NCBI GenBank assembly: GCA_963676835.2
Contig: CAXXFF010000001.1
Coordinates: 192,001-256,000, forward strand
Source of the DNA: Marispirochaeta sp.
Lineage (GTDB): Bacteria > Spirochaetota > Spirochaetia > JC444 > Marispirochaetaceae
Length of the DNA stretch: 64,000 bases
Reading direction: 5' to 3'
Under the pieces are notes generated by a model that had not been told where the DNA came from, ran no database searches, and saw only the letters and a list, made by a program, of their open reading frames with translations. Positions within the stretch are counted from its first letter, which is position 1, and every line of letters begins with the position of its first letter. Positions 29,014-40,072 of this stretch are shown one piece after another. The position numbers and the translations under genes were made by a program.

Positions 29014-32000
29014 TTATTTTCCGATAAAACCCTTAGTCTCAAGCTCCCTGACTATAACCTCACCCTTGGAGAGGTATTTGATTCCCTCAATAGCCGCCAG
29101 GGCTGCCGAGGTGGTTGTGGTGTAGGGAACTTTATGCCTTACAGCGTGAATACGTATATCATGGTCACCGTACTGGGAATTACGTCCCAAAGGTGTGTTA
29201 ATAATAAGGTCAAAACGCTCTTCCCGGATATGGTCAATTACATTGGGATGACCTTCATGGATCTTCAGTACAACTTCCGCGAAAATACCTTCGTTGTAGA
29301 GAAAATCAGCGGTTCCCCGTGTTGCGGCAATCTGGAATCCCAGCTCCTGCAGTTCTTTAACTATGGGCAGAATGGTCTCCCGGTCATTGTGATGAACAGA
29401 AACCAGAGCCTTTCCGCCGGTGGGCAGTACACTTCCCACTGCTGCCTGAGCCTTTGAGAAAGCCTCACCGAAACTGGCGCCGGTACCGATAACCTCACCG
29501 GTGGAGCGCATCTCGGGGCCAAGCAGTGGGTCTACCTGGGCAAAGCGGTCAAAGGAGAATACCGCCTCTTTTACGGCCCATCCCATTATGCAGCTGCCTT
29601 CCCCAGTGCCTTTCTTTGTGAGACCCTGACGTTCGAGATCAATCCCCTTCCATATACGCACTGCAGCCTTGATCAGGTTGACGCCTGAAGCCTTTGAAAG
29701 AAAGGGAACCGTACGAGAAGCCCTGGGGTTAACCTCAAGAACATAGAGCTGATCGCCCTTGGCGGCAAACTGAATATTTATAAAGCCCTTAACCTGAATC
29801 TCCCGGGCAATCTTTATGGTTGCCTCTTTCATTTCATCAAGAATTGCGGGAGTGGATTTATAGGGAGGAAAAACACAGGCGGAGTCTCCGGAGTGAACCC
29901 CGGCAGCCTCAATATGCTGCATAATTCCGGCGATGTAGACATTCTTGCCGTCGGAAAGTGCATCCATGTCATATTCAAAAGCGTCTTCAAGGAACTGATC
30001 CACCAGCACCGGACGGTCGGGAGACATGGGAATATCCTGCTTCATAAACTCTGCAAGTTCTTCTTCGGTGTATGCAATAAACATGCTGCGTCCGCCGAGC
30101 ACAAAAGAAGGCCGCAGGAGCACGGGAAAACCGATCTCTTTGGAGTATTTTCTTATCTCTTCGGCATTGGCCGCCATGCGGTTATCGGGCTGCCGTAGAT
30201 TAAGCTTTTTCAGCAGTGCCGTAAACAGTCCCCGGTCTTCTGCATCAAAGATACTCTTAACACTGGTTCCGATAATATTGGCACCGGCATCCTCAAGTTC
30301 CTTGGCAAGATTCAGAGGGGTCTGTCCACCAAGCTGAACAAGAACATCCTTGATGCCCTCTTTCTTCATGATGGACTTAACGTGCTCACCATCCAGGGGC
30401 TCAATGTAGAGTCTGTCAGAGACATTAAAGTCCGTTGAAACAGTTTCCGGATTGGAGTTTACAATGATGGACTTTACCCCTTCCTCCCTGTAGCCAAGGG
30501 ATGCAAGGGTACAGCAGGTATCAAACTCGAGGCCCTGTCCGATCCGGTTGGGTCCTGAAGCAAGGATAATAACTCCCTCACCCTCCACAGGAGATCCTTC
30601 ATCAATCTCGCCGAAGGTTGAATAGAAGTAAGGAGTATCAGCAGAGAATTCCCCGGCACAGGTATCAACAAAGTGATAACTGGCGTTGATTCCCTCACTC
30701 TTCCGCAGGGCTTCAATATCTTCTTCCGTTTTTGCGGTCAGCATTGCAATCCGCTTGTCAGTGAGACCTGCTTTTTTTGCTTCCAGAAGGAGATGCCCAT
30801 CAAGGGGGCCTGCGGTAATCCTGTCTTCCAGTTCCACCTGCTTGTACATGTAGTGGAGAAACCATGGGTCGAACTTTGTCCGTTCTTCAAGGCGTTTAAG
30901 TGCCCGTTTACCTTCTCTCTTAAGAACGGTGTAGGCGGCAAAGATCCGGCGTGGATGCAGGGTATCCAGCATATCATCAAGACCATCGTAGCCGATGCTC
31001 ATCTCCTGAAGTCCCTCTACACCCAGCTCAGCGGAACGGAGTGCCTTGTTCAGGGCTTCAGTAAAGGTTCTTCCCAGGGCAAGAGACTCCCCTACAGATT
31101 TCATCTGGGTTCCCAGCTGTTTGTATCCCGAAGGAAACTTCTCAAGTTCAAAACGGGGAACCTTGACTGCGACGTAGTCCAGGGCAGGCTCAAAACAGGA
31201 AACGGTTTTACCGGTTATCTCATTGGTAATCTCATCCAGGGTGTACCCAACCGCGAGCTTCGCACTGCACCGGGCAATAGGAAAGCCTGTAGCCTTACTG
31301 GCAAGAGCCGACGACCGGCTTACCCGGGGGTTCATCTCAATAATAACCAGCCGTCCGGTTTCGGGATTCACCGCAAACTGTACATTTGATCCGCCGCAGT
31401 CAACGCCGACCGCCCGGAGGGTCTCAATTGATGCCGTTCGCATCTCCTGATATTCCCGGTCAGAAAGGGTCTGAATAGGTGCTACGGTAATACTGTCACC
31501 GGTATGGATTCCCATGGGGTCCAGGTTTTCGATGGAACAGATAATAACCGCGTTGTCCATGTGATCCCGGACAACCTCCATCTCGAACTCTTTCCACCCG
31601 AGGAGAGACTCTTCAACAAGGGCTTCATGAACCGGACTCTCTTCAAGAGCTCTCTCAACCAGACTGTCCAGCTCCTTTTTTTCATAGGCAATGCTTCCGC
31701 CCATACCGCCGAGGGTATAGCTCGGCCGGATAATAAGAGGAAAGCCGACATCTTCCGCCAGAGCCCGTGCCCCGGCAAGGTCCCTGGTCATTACCGACCG
31801 CGGGGTATCAAGACCGATTTTTGTGGCAAGTTCCTTGAACTTACCCCGGTCCTCGGCCAGCTGAATGGCTTCTACAGTGGCGCCGATAAGCTCCACATTA
31901 TATTTATCCAGAATACCCTGCTCATACAGTTCCAGAGACAGATTAAGCCCCGTCTGACCGCCCATGGTAGGCAGAAGCGCATCAGGGCGTTCCTTCTTGA

Positions 32001-32232
32001 TAATCTCTTCAACATACGCAGGCTTAAGAGGTTCGGTGTAAATGGCATCCGCTATGCCGGGAGTGGTCATAACTGTAGCAGGATTGGGGTTAACCAGAAT
32101 AACCCGGTACCCCTCTTCCTTGAGAGCCGCAACCGCCTGAGTTCCGGAATAGTCAAACTCACAGGCCTGACCGATAACAATGGGTCCGGACCCGATAATC
32201 ATTATGCTGGATAAATCTTTTCGTGCCGGCAT
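29014..32232 (-). CDS. carB: Carbamoyl-phosphate synthase large subunit
   Basis: [54 protein letters not shown]; start set at ATG 32232. Confidence 0.97.
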   Translation of the reverse strand: MPARKDLSSIMIIGSGPIVIGQACEFDYSGTQAVAALKEEGYRVILVNPNPATVMTTPGIADAIYTEPLKPAYVEEIIKKERPDALLPTMGGQTGLNLSLELYEQGILDKYNVELIGATVEAIQLAEDRGKFKELATKIGLDTPRSVMTRDLAGARALAEDVGFPLIIRPSYTLGGMGGSIAYEKKELDSLVERALEESPVHEALVEESLLGWKEFEMEVVRDHMDNAVIICSIENLDPMGIHTGDSITVAPIQTLSDREYQEMRTASIETLRAVGVDCGGSNVQFAVNPETGRLVIIEMNPRVSRSSALASKATGFPIARCSAKLAVGYTLDEITNEITGKTVSCFEPALDYVAVKVPRFELEKFPSGYKQLGTQMKSVGESLALGRTFTEALNKALRSAELGVEGLQEMSIGYDGLDDMLDTLHPRRIFAAYTVLKREGKRALKRLEERTKFDPWFLHYMYKQVELEDRITAGPLDGHLLLEAKKAGLTDKRIAMLTAKTEEDIEALRKSEGINASYHFVDTCAGEFSADTPYFYSTFGEIDEGSPVEGEGVIILASGPNRIGQGLEFDTCCTLASLGYREEGVKSIIVNSNPETVSTDFNVSDRLYIEPLDGEHVKSIMKKEGIKDVLVQLGGQTPLNLAKELEDAGANIIGTSVKSIFDAEDRGLFTALLKKLNLRQPDNRMAANAEEIRKYSKEIGFPVLLRPSFVLGGRSMFIAYTEEELAEFMKQDIPMSPDRPVLVDQFLEDAFEYDMDALSDGKNVYIAGIMQHIEAAGVHSGDSACVFPPYKSTPAILDEMKEATIKIAREIQVKGFINIQFAAKGDQLYVLEVNPRASRTVPFLSKASGVNLIKAAVRIWKGIDLERQGLTKKGTGEGSCIMGWAVKEAVFSFDRFAQVDPLLGPEMRSTGEVIGTGASFGEAFSKAQAAVGSVLPTGGKALVSVHHNDRETILPIVKELQELGFQIAATRGTADFLYNEGIFAEVVLKIHEGHPNVIDHIREERFDLIINTPLGRNSQYGDHDIRIHAVRHKVPYTTTTSAALAAIEGIKYLSKGEVIVRELETKGFIGK

Positions 32233-32233
32233 A

Positions 32234-33409
32234 TTATGCTTCCCCCTCGCTGTCTTCTGCAAACCGCTTCATTTCGTCGTAGAAACGGCGGAAAATCCAG
32301 AGGGAATCGAAAGGACCCGGCGCAGCTTCCGGATGGAACTGGGCTGTGTATATCCGTTTTTTCTCGTTGATAATTCCCTCAACGGTGTTGTCGTTGGCAT
32401 TTCTGAACCATACGCTGGTTCCTTTCGGAAGAGTTGCCTCATCCACATCAAAGCCGTGGTTCTGGCTGGTTACTGCAACTTTTTTGGTGATCTCATCCCG
32501 TACAGGGTTATTACAGCCGTGGTGGCCGAACTTCATCTTCCGGGTTTTTGCTCCCAGGGCACTGGCAATTACCTGGTGCCCGAGGCAGATTCCGAAAAGG
32601 GGCACATTGTCCACCATCTTCTTTATCTCTGCGATAAGCTCCTGAAGGGTAGCCGGGTCTCCGGGACCGTTGGAGTAGATTACTCCATGGGGCTTGTAGG
32701 AGAGGATTTTTTCAGCACCTGCGGTGGAAGGAAGAAGAACTATTCGTATACCGAACTTCTTCATCTCTTCCAGAATATTCCCCTTGGTACCGCAGTCAAT
32801 GGCGACCAGTGTCAGGTCTCCATCGGTCAGGATATCTTCCTCTCCAGTCATACCAACCTGGGGTATAATGTTCCGGCCTTCCATGGAGGGAAAGCTTTTC
32901 AGGTATTCAAGAACCTTCTTCTCTTCTTCACCGCTCAGAGCAACTCCGTCAGCGGGTTTTACGATAACACCGTTCCGGCTCCCCTTATCCCTCAGGTGAA
33001 GGGTAAGTTTACGTGTATCAATACCGCTTATGCCGGGAGTATTGTATTTTTTCATAAACTCGGAGAGGCTCAGACGACCCGGAGGGACCGGTCCGTCGTA
33101 ATACTCCCGAACCACAAATCCCTGGGCCTTAACCCGGGGAAGCAGCCTGTCTTCGGGGCCATTTTCCGACCATGCATCATCTGTACCGTAATTTCCCATA
33201 TGAGGATAGGTCATGGCAACAATCTGGCCTGTATAGGACGGATCGGTGAGTATTTCATGATATCCGGTCATTCCGGTATTAAAAACAACTTCACCAATAC
33301 CTTTTGAGAACTCAACCAGGTCTTTTAATTCGTCAGCACCACAGGGAGCGGCACCAAAGGAATCGCCGGTGAAGATTGTTCCATCGTCAAGAACGAGGAT
33401 ACAGCGCAT
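32234..33409 (-). CDS. carA: Carbamoyl-phosphate synthase small subunit
   Basis: [44 protein letters not shown]; start set at ATG 33409 with GGAGGGG SD. Confidence 0.96.
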   Translation of the reverse strand: MRCILVLDDGTIFTGDSFGAAPCGADELKDLVEFSKGIGEVVFNTGMTGYHEILTDPSYTGQIVAMTYPHMGNYGTDDAWSENGPEDRLLPRVKAQGFVVREYYDGPVPPGRLSLSEFMKKYNTPGISGIDTRKLTLHLRDKGSRNGVIVKPADGVALSGEEEKKVLEYLKSFPSMEGRNIIPQVGMTGEEDILTDGDLTLVAIDCGTKGNILEEMKKFGIRIVLLPSTAGAEKILSYKPHGVIYSNGPGDPATLQELIAEIKKMVDNVPLFGICLGHQVIASALGAKTRKMKFGHHGCNNPVRDEITKKVAVTSQNHGFDVDEATLPKGTSVWFRNANDNTVEGIINEKKRIYTAQFHPEAAPGPFDSLWIFRRFYDEMKRFAEDSEGEA

Positions 33410-33431
33410 AATCCCCTCCAGTTGTATATTT

Positions 33432-33466
33432 TTTCGTTTTATGCATAACAATTGCATAAATATACA
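33432..33466 (-). promoter_or_regulatory. Tandem ARG-box-like operator upstream of carA
   Basis: TGTATATTTATGCA-7nt-TGCATAAAACGAAA; the first core fits the ArgR consensus and the spacing equals that of E. coli tandem ARG boxes. Confidence 0.6.
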
Positions 33467-33478
33467 GTCGTAGTTTAT

Positions 33479-33502
33479 AAAAAAGCCGGCTTAAAGCCGG
33501 CC
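33479..33502 (-). terminator. Terminator after the tRNA pair
   Basis: GCCGGC-TTTAA-GCCGGC-TTTTTT on the minus strand. Confidence 0.7.
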
Positions 33503-33508
33503 GTGCGT

Positions 33509-33580
33509 TAGTCCCTAGGGGAATCGAACCCCTCTTTGAAGAATGAGAATCTCCTGTCCTAGCCGATAGACGAAGGGACC
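33509..33580 (-). tRNA. tRNA-Glu(CTC)
   Basis: GGTCCCTTCGTCTATCGGCTAGGACAGGAGATTCTCATTCTTCAAAGAGGGGTTCGATTCCCCTAGGGACTA; anticodon CTC. Confidence 0.94.
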
Positions 33581-33587
33581 GTGAATA

Positions 33588-33658
33588 CAGCCCGAGAAGG
33601 ATTTGAACCCTCACAAACAGAACCAGAATCTGTCGTGCTACCGTTACACCATCGGGCT
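33588..33658 (-). tRNA. tRNA-Gln(CTG)
   Basis: AGCCCGATGGTGTAACGGTAGCACGACAGATTCTGGTTCTGTTTGTGAGGGTTCAAATCCTTCTCGGGCTG; anticodon CTG. Confidence 0.94.
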
Positions 33659-33678
33659 TCGCTCGTATCTTGGGCGAA

Positions 33679-33707
33679 AAATTACTATATTCGCTGTTTA
33701 GTGTCAA
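33679..33707 (-). promoter_or_regulatory. Putative sigma70 promoter of the tRNA-Gln/tRNA-Glu pair
   Basis: TTGACA-17nt-TAATTT. Confidence 0.55.
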
Positions 33708-33709
33708 TA

Positions 33710-34288
33710 CTATTCGCTCTGATAATCTACAAGGGTTGTAACCCTGCAGTCAGTGAGCTTTTTACTGTAATTCAGAAAGGGAAGCCCCACTACCCCAAAG
33801 AGGTCTGTTACGGTGCCGCCGGCCTTTTTAACCAGAGAAACCGCACCGGACAGGGTGCCTCCGGTGGCAATAAGATCATCAACCAGTAGAATGCGTCCCC
33901 CTTCGGGAACATCCGCTTTATGGATATGCAGCTCATCCTCCCCATACTCTAGAGTTATGCTTTCGCTTATAGTCTCCCCGGGAAGCTTTCCGGCCTTACG
34001 GATCAGCAGCAGGGGGATCTTCTTCCGAATAGCATACGGGGAAGCAAAAACAAACCCTCTGGCCTCAATAGCTGCCACGGCATCGAACTCTACGTCCCGG
34101 TATATTTCATCCATGGTATCAATCACCAGGGTAAAAGCTTCCGGATCAGAAAGTATGCTGGTAATATCATAAAACAGTATTCCCGGCTTGGGAAAATCTT
34201 CCACCCTGCGTATTACTGCATCAAGTTTTTCGGCTACCTTTTTATACGGGCTGTTTTGCTGACTGTTTTTCTGCATGTCATTCTCCAT
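33710..34288 (-). CDS. apt: Adenine phosphoribosyltransferase
   Basis: DFPKPGILFYDIT, EARGF, RKAGKLPG, LEYG, VDDLIATGGT. Confidence 0.96.
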   Translation of the reverse strand: MENDMQKNSQQNSPYKKVAEKLDAVIRRVEDFPKPGILFYDITSILSDPEAFTLVIDTMDEIYRDVEFDAVAAIEARGFVFASPYAIRKKIPLLLIRKAGKLPGETISESITLEYGEDELHIHKADVPEGGRILLVDDLIATGGTLSGAVSLVKKAGGTVTDLFGVVGLPFLNYSKKLTDCRVTTLVDYQSE

Positions 34289-34514
34289 GAATGCCTCCCT
34301 GAATTGGATCGAGACTGCTTCAATTTTTTATACATTCTTCAATTTCACCGTTTTACTATTACTGTACAACCGTTATACAACAGCTTTGGTAAGGGATCAA
34401 GTTTCCCTGCTTAAAGCTCTACTTAATACTTATAACCCGGACGAGGGTGACAACCTTGTCAAAAAGACCCGGATATAGTTATACTCTGCCCCCTCTTTAG
34501 CCCTTATCCGCTGA

Positions 34515-34542
34515 TTGACTAAATTCTTCAGGATGATATAAT
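34515..34542 (+). promoter_or_regulatory. Putative sigma70 promoter of the TPR-greA-VWA unit
   Basis: TTGACT-16nt-TATAAT with TG extension, 10 nt before the ATG. Confidence 0.62.
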
Positions 34543-34552
34543 AAACGGATAA

Positions 34553-35500
34553 ATGGACAGCAACATCAAGCACCGCTCCGGAGAGTTAAAAGAGTTGCTT
34601 TCCGTTGCTTACGACTATACCAGGAACGGGACCTTTCAGGAGGCCGAAGCCAGCCTCGAAAGAGCATTAAAAGCTGATTTTGAAGATGGCGAGGTTATTT
34701 CATCACTGAAATGTGTGCATTTCTGGAAAGAACGGTTCAGCCGTCTTGAAGATCTGGGGAACTCCCTGGAACAGGGGGATTTTCTCCTGAGAGAATGGAA
34801 GGCGTTTCAGCAGTTCCTCAAGCGGGTACCTGAAACTGTTGACGAATGTCTGTATGCCCTCAGGCATTCTGTTTTTTCAACAGCCTTTAAATCCTTCGAA
34901 ACATTCGGAAGAGAAACCGACGGCAACGACCCCGAGCTGCACTACCGTCTGGGGTTCTGTCTGAAAGGAACCGGCGATTATCAGCATGCCGTGGATTATC
35001 TTGAGCAGGCTTCAAGCCGCGACCGGGAGAATGCCGGATATCTTGCGGAACTGGCCGACTGTTACGCATTTTTGAATGAGGTTCGTATCTCTAAAGTCTT
35101 CTTCAGGGAGGCTTTTTATATTGATCCACAGGGCATAGATCTTTCCCATCTTGAGTCTCTGCTCATACGGCGCCTCATAGATGAGATTTCAGGTATGGAT
35201 TTTACTCCGGAACTCGTTAAAGAGTGGATTCCGGTGTACGGTGTTATATATGGCGTTTTCTCAGTCAAACGGGAGCTCAGACCGCTTGAGCTGGGAAAAC
35301 TTCGGCAAAGCATTTATGCTTTGGAAAAGCAGGTTGGGGAAAACCCGGAGGGTAAGGTAATTATTCCACGGTTGATAAACCGCTACTTCTGGCTTATAGA
35401 CCACTATGTAGCTATCAAGGATTCCCGAACAAAAATAGATGAACTACTGGGCAAAATTAAAATACTAGACCAGCAAGTCTACGAACTATATGCTAACTAG
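34553..35500 (+). CDS. Tetratricopeptide-repeat protein
   Basis: TPR-like helices (LHYRLGFCLKGTGDYQHAVDYLEQA; YLAELADCY); directly upstream of greA. Confidence 0.8.
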   Translation: MDSNIKHRSGELKELLSVAYDYTRNGTFQEAEASLERALKADFEDGEVISSLKCVHFWKERFSRLEDLGNSLEQGDFLLREWKAFQQFLKRVPETVDECLYALRHSVFSTAFKSFETFGRETDGNDPELHYRLGFCLKGTGDYQHAVDYLEQASSRDRENAGYLAELADCYAFLNEVRISKVFFREAFYIDPQGIDLSHLESLLIRRLIDEISGMDFTPELVKEWIPVYGVIYGVFSVKRELRPLELGKLRQSIYALEKQVGENPEGKVIIPRLINRYFWLIDHYVAIKDSRTKIDELLGKIKILDQQVYELYAN

Positions 35501-35515
35501 AATGGAGTCAGAAAG

Positions 35516-38209
35516 ATGTCTACCCAAAGCGTGAAAGCTGTAAGCGAGCTGTTGAACGAGGAAAAATGGACCCGTGCAACTCTCAACAGTTACGGTATTA
35601 ACAATTTTCAGGAGCTTGATGCAGTTATCGCGGATATAATTGACGACGGCAGTGAGGAGGAGGTCCGGGAGATTTGCGACGATCACCTGAAACATACCAA
35701 GAACAGTATCATCGCCCTCTATATTGCCGGGATTCTCGCTCTCAGACGCCAGCTGGTAGATGACACCAACCTGGTAATGATCATAAACATCTTTACGGAC
35801 AACCGGAAATGGAACATTGTTGAATACCTCTGTAAGCGCATTCTTGAGTACGGAGAAAACAAATTTGCTCTGCGCACACTGGCAGACTGTTATGACAACA
35901 AGAACGAAGATGAAAACAAAATAGAAATCTGGGAACGGCTGATCAAGGTTGATTACGAAGAAGCGGATATCGTACGTCAGCTCGCGGAAGTTCAGGAAGA
36001 AGATAAAAACATAGATGGAGCGGTAGACTACTACAAAAAAGCGATTCACCGTTACATCAATAAAAAAATGTTTACCAACATCAAGGAAATCTGGGAGAAG
36101 CTGGTTGAATACTGCCCGGAAGAGACGGATTTCTTCTTCAATGTAGACAAGAAAATTGAAAAGCTTATTTCTCCCGAAAGGGCGTCACAGCTGCTTGAAG
36201 AGCTGTACACCTATTACAGAGAAGCTGAAAACTGGAATAAATCCATCGAAATCCTTAAAAGGATCCTGGATTACGATCCGAAAAATGTCTGGGCACGGAA
36301 AGAGATCACCGAGTGCTACCGGAACAAGTTCAAGGAACACAGTCAGCTGGATGAGTACATCCGGGTTTCAAATCTTACCCAGAGCTGGCGTAACGTGCAT
36401 GATGCCATCTCCGACTTTGAAAAGCACATCTCCTTCGATGAAGGCAATTTTGTCTGCCATAGATCATGGGGTATCGGCCGAATCAAATCCATCAAGGGTG
36501 ATGATATCATCATCGATTTTACCCGCAAGCGTGGACACGGGATGTCTCTCAAAATGGCGGTAAACGCCCTCACCTCCCTTGCAAAAGACCATATCTGGGT
36601 ACTGAAGGTCACCAAGAAAAAGGATGAACTCAAAACACTGGTGAAGGAAGATCCATCCTGGGCTCTCCGGACAATCATAAAAAGCTTCGATAATGCTGCC
36701 AACATGAAGCAGATTAAAGCGGAACTTGTACCCGCGGTACTTACCGCCAGTGAATGGTCATCATGGAGCACCACTGCCCGGAAGAGACTGAAAGAGGACA
36801 CCTCTTTTGGAAACCTTCCCGACAAACTCGATGTATTCGTAGTTCGCGAAGTGCCTATCTCAATTGAAGAAAAAGCCTTCAACCGCTTCAAAGCGGTTAA
36901 AAATTTCTTTGGCAAAGTCGGAGCCCTTCGGGATTTTCTTGCAACAGCAAAGCCCGAATCTGAATACTTTTCCGAAATGTTCTCATACTTTGTCAATATT
37001 CTCAAAGCATACGCCAGTGTAAATGAACAGGTTATCGGAAGCTATCTCCTGGTTGAACAGGTTGTGCAGGATTTCCCTTACCTCAATCCGGGCCTCGGCC
37101 TTACCTTCGCTGACCTGATTGAAGAGATTGATGACATCATGGCTCTTTTTGCCAAAATCGATGACGCAGAAATTGCCAAAGGATTCCTTGCCGAGCTTAA
37201 AGCTCAGTCAGACTGGCCGGAGTACTACGTTAAGATTTTCCCCACAAGCCTCAGTAAATATATTATCGACGAACTTTATGCCCATGACCATGAAGACCTC
37301 GTGCAGACACTCTTCTCTGATATTATGGATAAATACCGTGATAACCGTGAAGCCTTTATCTGGCTTGCTAAATACTTCGACACCAATGAGAAGGTAGCCG
37401 GATACGGTATTGAATATGAGAAAATTCTCATCAATATGATCCATCTTGTTGATATTACCTTCCGGGAAATTAACAACCGCAGGGATGTGAGCAACAACCG
37501 TAAACTCAACCGCCAGGCGCAGAACTTCCTGTTCAAGGAGAAAAGACTGGAGGAATACCTGCTTAAAACAGACGAAGAGTCAATCCACAGGCTCATTACT
37601 CTGGTTCAGGATGTTAAGGACCTTGATCCGTCAATCCTCATTGAACTCAAGCACAAGATTGTTGAGCGTTTTCCCGACTTCAAGTTCTTCGGTGAACCTG
37701 CATCTGCCGCAGCAACAACCAAGATCAAAATCAAGGGTCTTATTGTTACTCCCGAAAGCTACCAGCGCAAACAGGAAGAGCTCCGCCACATTATCGATGT
37801 GGAAATCCCGGAAAACTCACGGGAAATCGGTGCGGCCATCGACCTTGGAGACCTCAGGGAAAATGCGGAATACAAGGCAGGAAAAGAAAAGCAGGAACTG
37901 CTTAACATGGCAGTGGGCCGGCTGAAAGACGATCTTGATAAAGCACAGATTTTTGACAGAAAGCAGACCGATGTTTCCAAGGTCTCATTCGGAACCAAGG
38001 TTGAACTGCTGAATAATAACAACAATAAAACCGAAACATATTCAATTTACGGTCCCTGGGAATCCGACCCCAACCAGAGTGTTATCTCCTATCAGTCTCC
38101 CTTTGGAATGAAACTCTGGGGACTTAAACCGGAAGAAAATGCCGTGTTTGAAATTAACGAGAACAAATATAACTATACAGTTAAAAGTATTTCCAAAGGA
38201 GAAATTTAA
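35516..38209 (+). CDS. greA: Transcription elongation factor GreA, long spirochaete form (N-terminal TPR-like extension)
   Basis: C-terminal GDLRENAEYKAGKE, VSFGTKV, GPWESDP, ISYQSPFG; 897 aa. Confidence 0.92.
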   Translation: MSTQSVKAVSELLNEEKWTRATLNSYGINNFQELDAVIADIIDDGSEEEVREICDDHLKHTKNSIIALYIAGILALRRQLVDDTNLVMIINIFTDNRKWNIVEYLCKRILEYGENKFALRTLADCYDNKNEDENKIEIWERLIKVDYEEADIVRQLAEVQEEDKNIDGAVDYYKKAIHRYINKKMFTNIKEIWEKLVEYCPEETDFFFNVDKKIEKLISPERASQLLEELYTYYREAENWNKSIEILKRILDYDPKNVWARKEITECYRNKFKEHSQLDEYIRVSNLTQSWRNVHDAISDFEKHISFDEGNFVCHRSWGIGRIKSIKGDDIIIDFTRKRGHGMSLKMAVNALTSLAKDHIWVLKVTKKKDELKTLVKEDPSWALRTIIKSFDNAANMKQIKAELVPAVLTASEWSSWSTTARKRLKEDTSFGNLPDKLDVFVVREVPISIEEKAFNRFKAVKNFFGKVGALRDFLATAKPESEYFSEMFSYFVNILKAYASVNEQVIGSYLLVEQVVQDFPYLNPGLGLTFADLIEEIDDIMALFAKIDDAEIAKGFLAELKAQSDWPEYYVKIFPTSLSKYIIDELYAHDHEDLVQTLFSDIMDKYRDNREAFIWLAKYFDTNEKVAGYGIEYEKILINMIHLVDITFREINNRRDVSNNRKLNRQAQNFLFKEKRLEEYLLKTDEESIHRLITLVQDVKDLDPSILIELKHKIVERFPDFKFFGEPASAAATTKIKIKGLIVTPESYQRKQEELRHIIDVEIPENSREIGAAIDLGDLRENAEYKAGKEKQELLNMAVGRLKDDLDKAQIFDRKQTDVSKVSFGTKVELLNNNNNKTETYSIYGPWESDPNQSVISYQSPFGMKLWGLKPEENAVFEINENKYNYTVKSISKGEI

Positions 38210-38215
38210 AAATTT

Positions 38216-40051
38216 ATGATTAAACGCTGTATTCTTTTTCTCCTCCTGCTTACTGCCGCTTTACCGGCAGTCGCGGAGGAGATGGATATGATCGTTCTGC
38301 TGGATGTCTCGGAAAGCATGTTTCCCTATTTCGACGACACCGTCAATTTTCTTTTAAAAGATATTGTAGACGAACATCTTGAGTACGGCGACGGATTTCA
38401 CCTGCTCAGTTTTTCCAGTGTACCGGAACAGGAAATTCACCGGCAGATTAAATCTGATCAGGATATTGAAGCATCTTTAGCAAGAATAATGCTGCTTCAC
38501 CCCCTGGGGAAATACACTGATCTTATCTCCGCCATGAACTATCTCTACGGTTATGTACGGGATCTTTCACTTTCAACAAGTAAGAATATTCTTATTCTCA
38601 CAGACGGCATTCACGACCCCCCTCCAGGCTCCGCCTTTCCTGCCAGCGGAGCTGATGCGAGGGAAAAAAACAGAACAGAGGCCATACGTATTGCACAGGA
38701 GCTGAAACGGGAAGGCTGGAAAGTGCGGCTCATCGAATTTCCGCGCACCAGTAAAACAGGGAGCACCACGTCTGGACTTGCATCAGATAATGGTAATACT
38801 TCTGCAAATACCACTGACACCGATGAAAGCAACGACCTCTACGGTCCTATTTCGGAAACCCTGGGTGTTGATGTTATTCCCTACCAGAAAGGAAACGGGA
38901 TCAGCCATACTGCCACAGGCGCCCCTTCCCTGGAGTTCCCGGATAATCTCGGCCGCGTAGGAACTGATTTCAGTGTACCTTTTACTATAACCAACTATCT
39001 TGATGAACCCATAATCATACACCTGGAAGAAATCAGAACCAGAGAGGGAAATATACTGATTGAGCCTCAACAGCTGAGGGTGGACCCTTCAAAAAAAGCG
39101 ACCCTCAATGCAAAGGTAAGCCTGAAAGGTTATGAAGATGGGGAATATGCCCTCGACACAGAACTGATTTTTTCTGACGATCTGCGTATTTTCCCAAGAA
39201 AAGGAGAACTCCGATTCGAACTCAGCCCATCCGGTATAGTACGGTTCAAGGTCCCTTTTCTTATAATAATTGCCATCATTGCCCTTATTCTCCTCCTTGT
39301 CTTTACCATTATTCCTTTGAGAAGACATATCGAATCCAATGCTGATGCTGATTCAACTGTTTTTGGACCCCGCCATCGGGATCGCAGGGATGATCAGGAA
39401 AAGCTTAACAGTTCTGATAAAACCCAGATCAAAGCTAATACAACTCTGCCGGTAACCCGCCGGGGAAAAGAATCATCGCCGTCAAAAACTGGAACAAAAT
39501 TTTCAACTGACGATCCTGGTACCGGCATCAACGGAGAACCTTCACCGGGAACACAGAAAAGCCCGGAATCTGAAGGTAAAGTCAGCCTGATGGATATTCA
39601 TCCAAAACATCAGGGAGGGAAAATTCCTCTCTCACAAATATCCACCATGCATCAATATGATTCCAATACGCCTGGTCTTGGTCACCGTCCCATCGAATTC
39701 AGACTTTCCGGACAAAACCCCAATAACAGCGGACGCAACATCCGCTGGGTAGGAAAACAGATCCGTTCTGTTGGAGGCGGTAATTCATTCTTCCTCGTGT
39801 TCCTCATAAAGGTACCGGAAAAAATTGCAGAAGTAGAGTTTACTGATCAGGGACTGCGTTTTGCACCTTTGCAGGGTGAGTATTTCCCGGAAATTTCAGG
39901 AAATATTGAAAACTGCATAGACAAGAGTATTCTTCTTCACACAGAACATGGCGACTTTACCATGATGTTCCGCGAATGGATAAGTCCTCTTGAACGGGTA
40001 AACCGTATCCTGCATCTGATTGACAGACCCGGGATGTCCGGTACTGACTAA
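38216..40051 (+). CDS. Membrane-anchored VWA-domain protein
   Basis: Signal peptide, MIDAS LLDVSESM, ILTDG, central TM segment (VPFLIIIAIIALILLLVFTII). Confidence 0.8.
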   Translation: MIKRCILFLLLLTAALPAVAEEMDMIVLLDVSESMFPYFDDTVNFLLKDIVDEHLEYGDGFHLLSFSSVPEQEIHRQIKSDQDIEASLARIMLLHPLGKYTDLISAMNYLYGYVRDLSLSTSKNILILTDGIHDPPPGSAFPASGADAREKNRTEAIRIAQELKREGWKVRLIEFPRTSKTGSTTSGLASDNGNTSANTTDTDESNDLYGPISETLGVDVIPYQKGNGISHTATGAPSLEFPDNLGRVGTDFSVPFTITNYLDEPIIIHLEEIRTREGNILIEPQQLRVDPSKKATLNAKVSLKGYEDGEYALDTELIFSDDLRIFPRKGELRFELSPSGIVRFKVPFLIIIAIIALILLLVFTIIPLRRHIESNADADSTVFGPRHRDRRDDQEKLNSSDKTQIKANTTLPVTRRGKESSPSKTGTKFSTDDPGTGINGEPSPGTQKSPESEGKVSLMDIHPKHQGGKIPLSQISTMHQYDSNTPGLGHRPIEFRLSGQNPNNSGRNIRWVGKQIRSVGGGNSFFLVFLIKVPEKIAEVEFTDQGLRFAPLQGEYFPEISGNIENCIDKSILLHTEHGDFTMMFREWISPLERVNRILHLIDRPGMSGTD

Positions 40052-40072
40052 AGATTGGATAATAAGAAGGTG

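Noticed and set aside
32180..33307. 375-aa plus-strand ORF and other long antisense ORFs over gltB, argS, carB, infB and bamA
   Set aside because: Antisense shadows of well-supported genes with no independent coding signal
33441..33456. Second sigma54 promoter upstream of carA (ATGCATAACAATTGCA)
   Set aside because: Lacks the invariant GG at -24 and points away from carA; better explained as an operator
34363..34381. TACAAC direct repeat at 11-bp spacing upstream of apt
   Set aside because: Too short to distinguish from chance without comparative data
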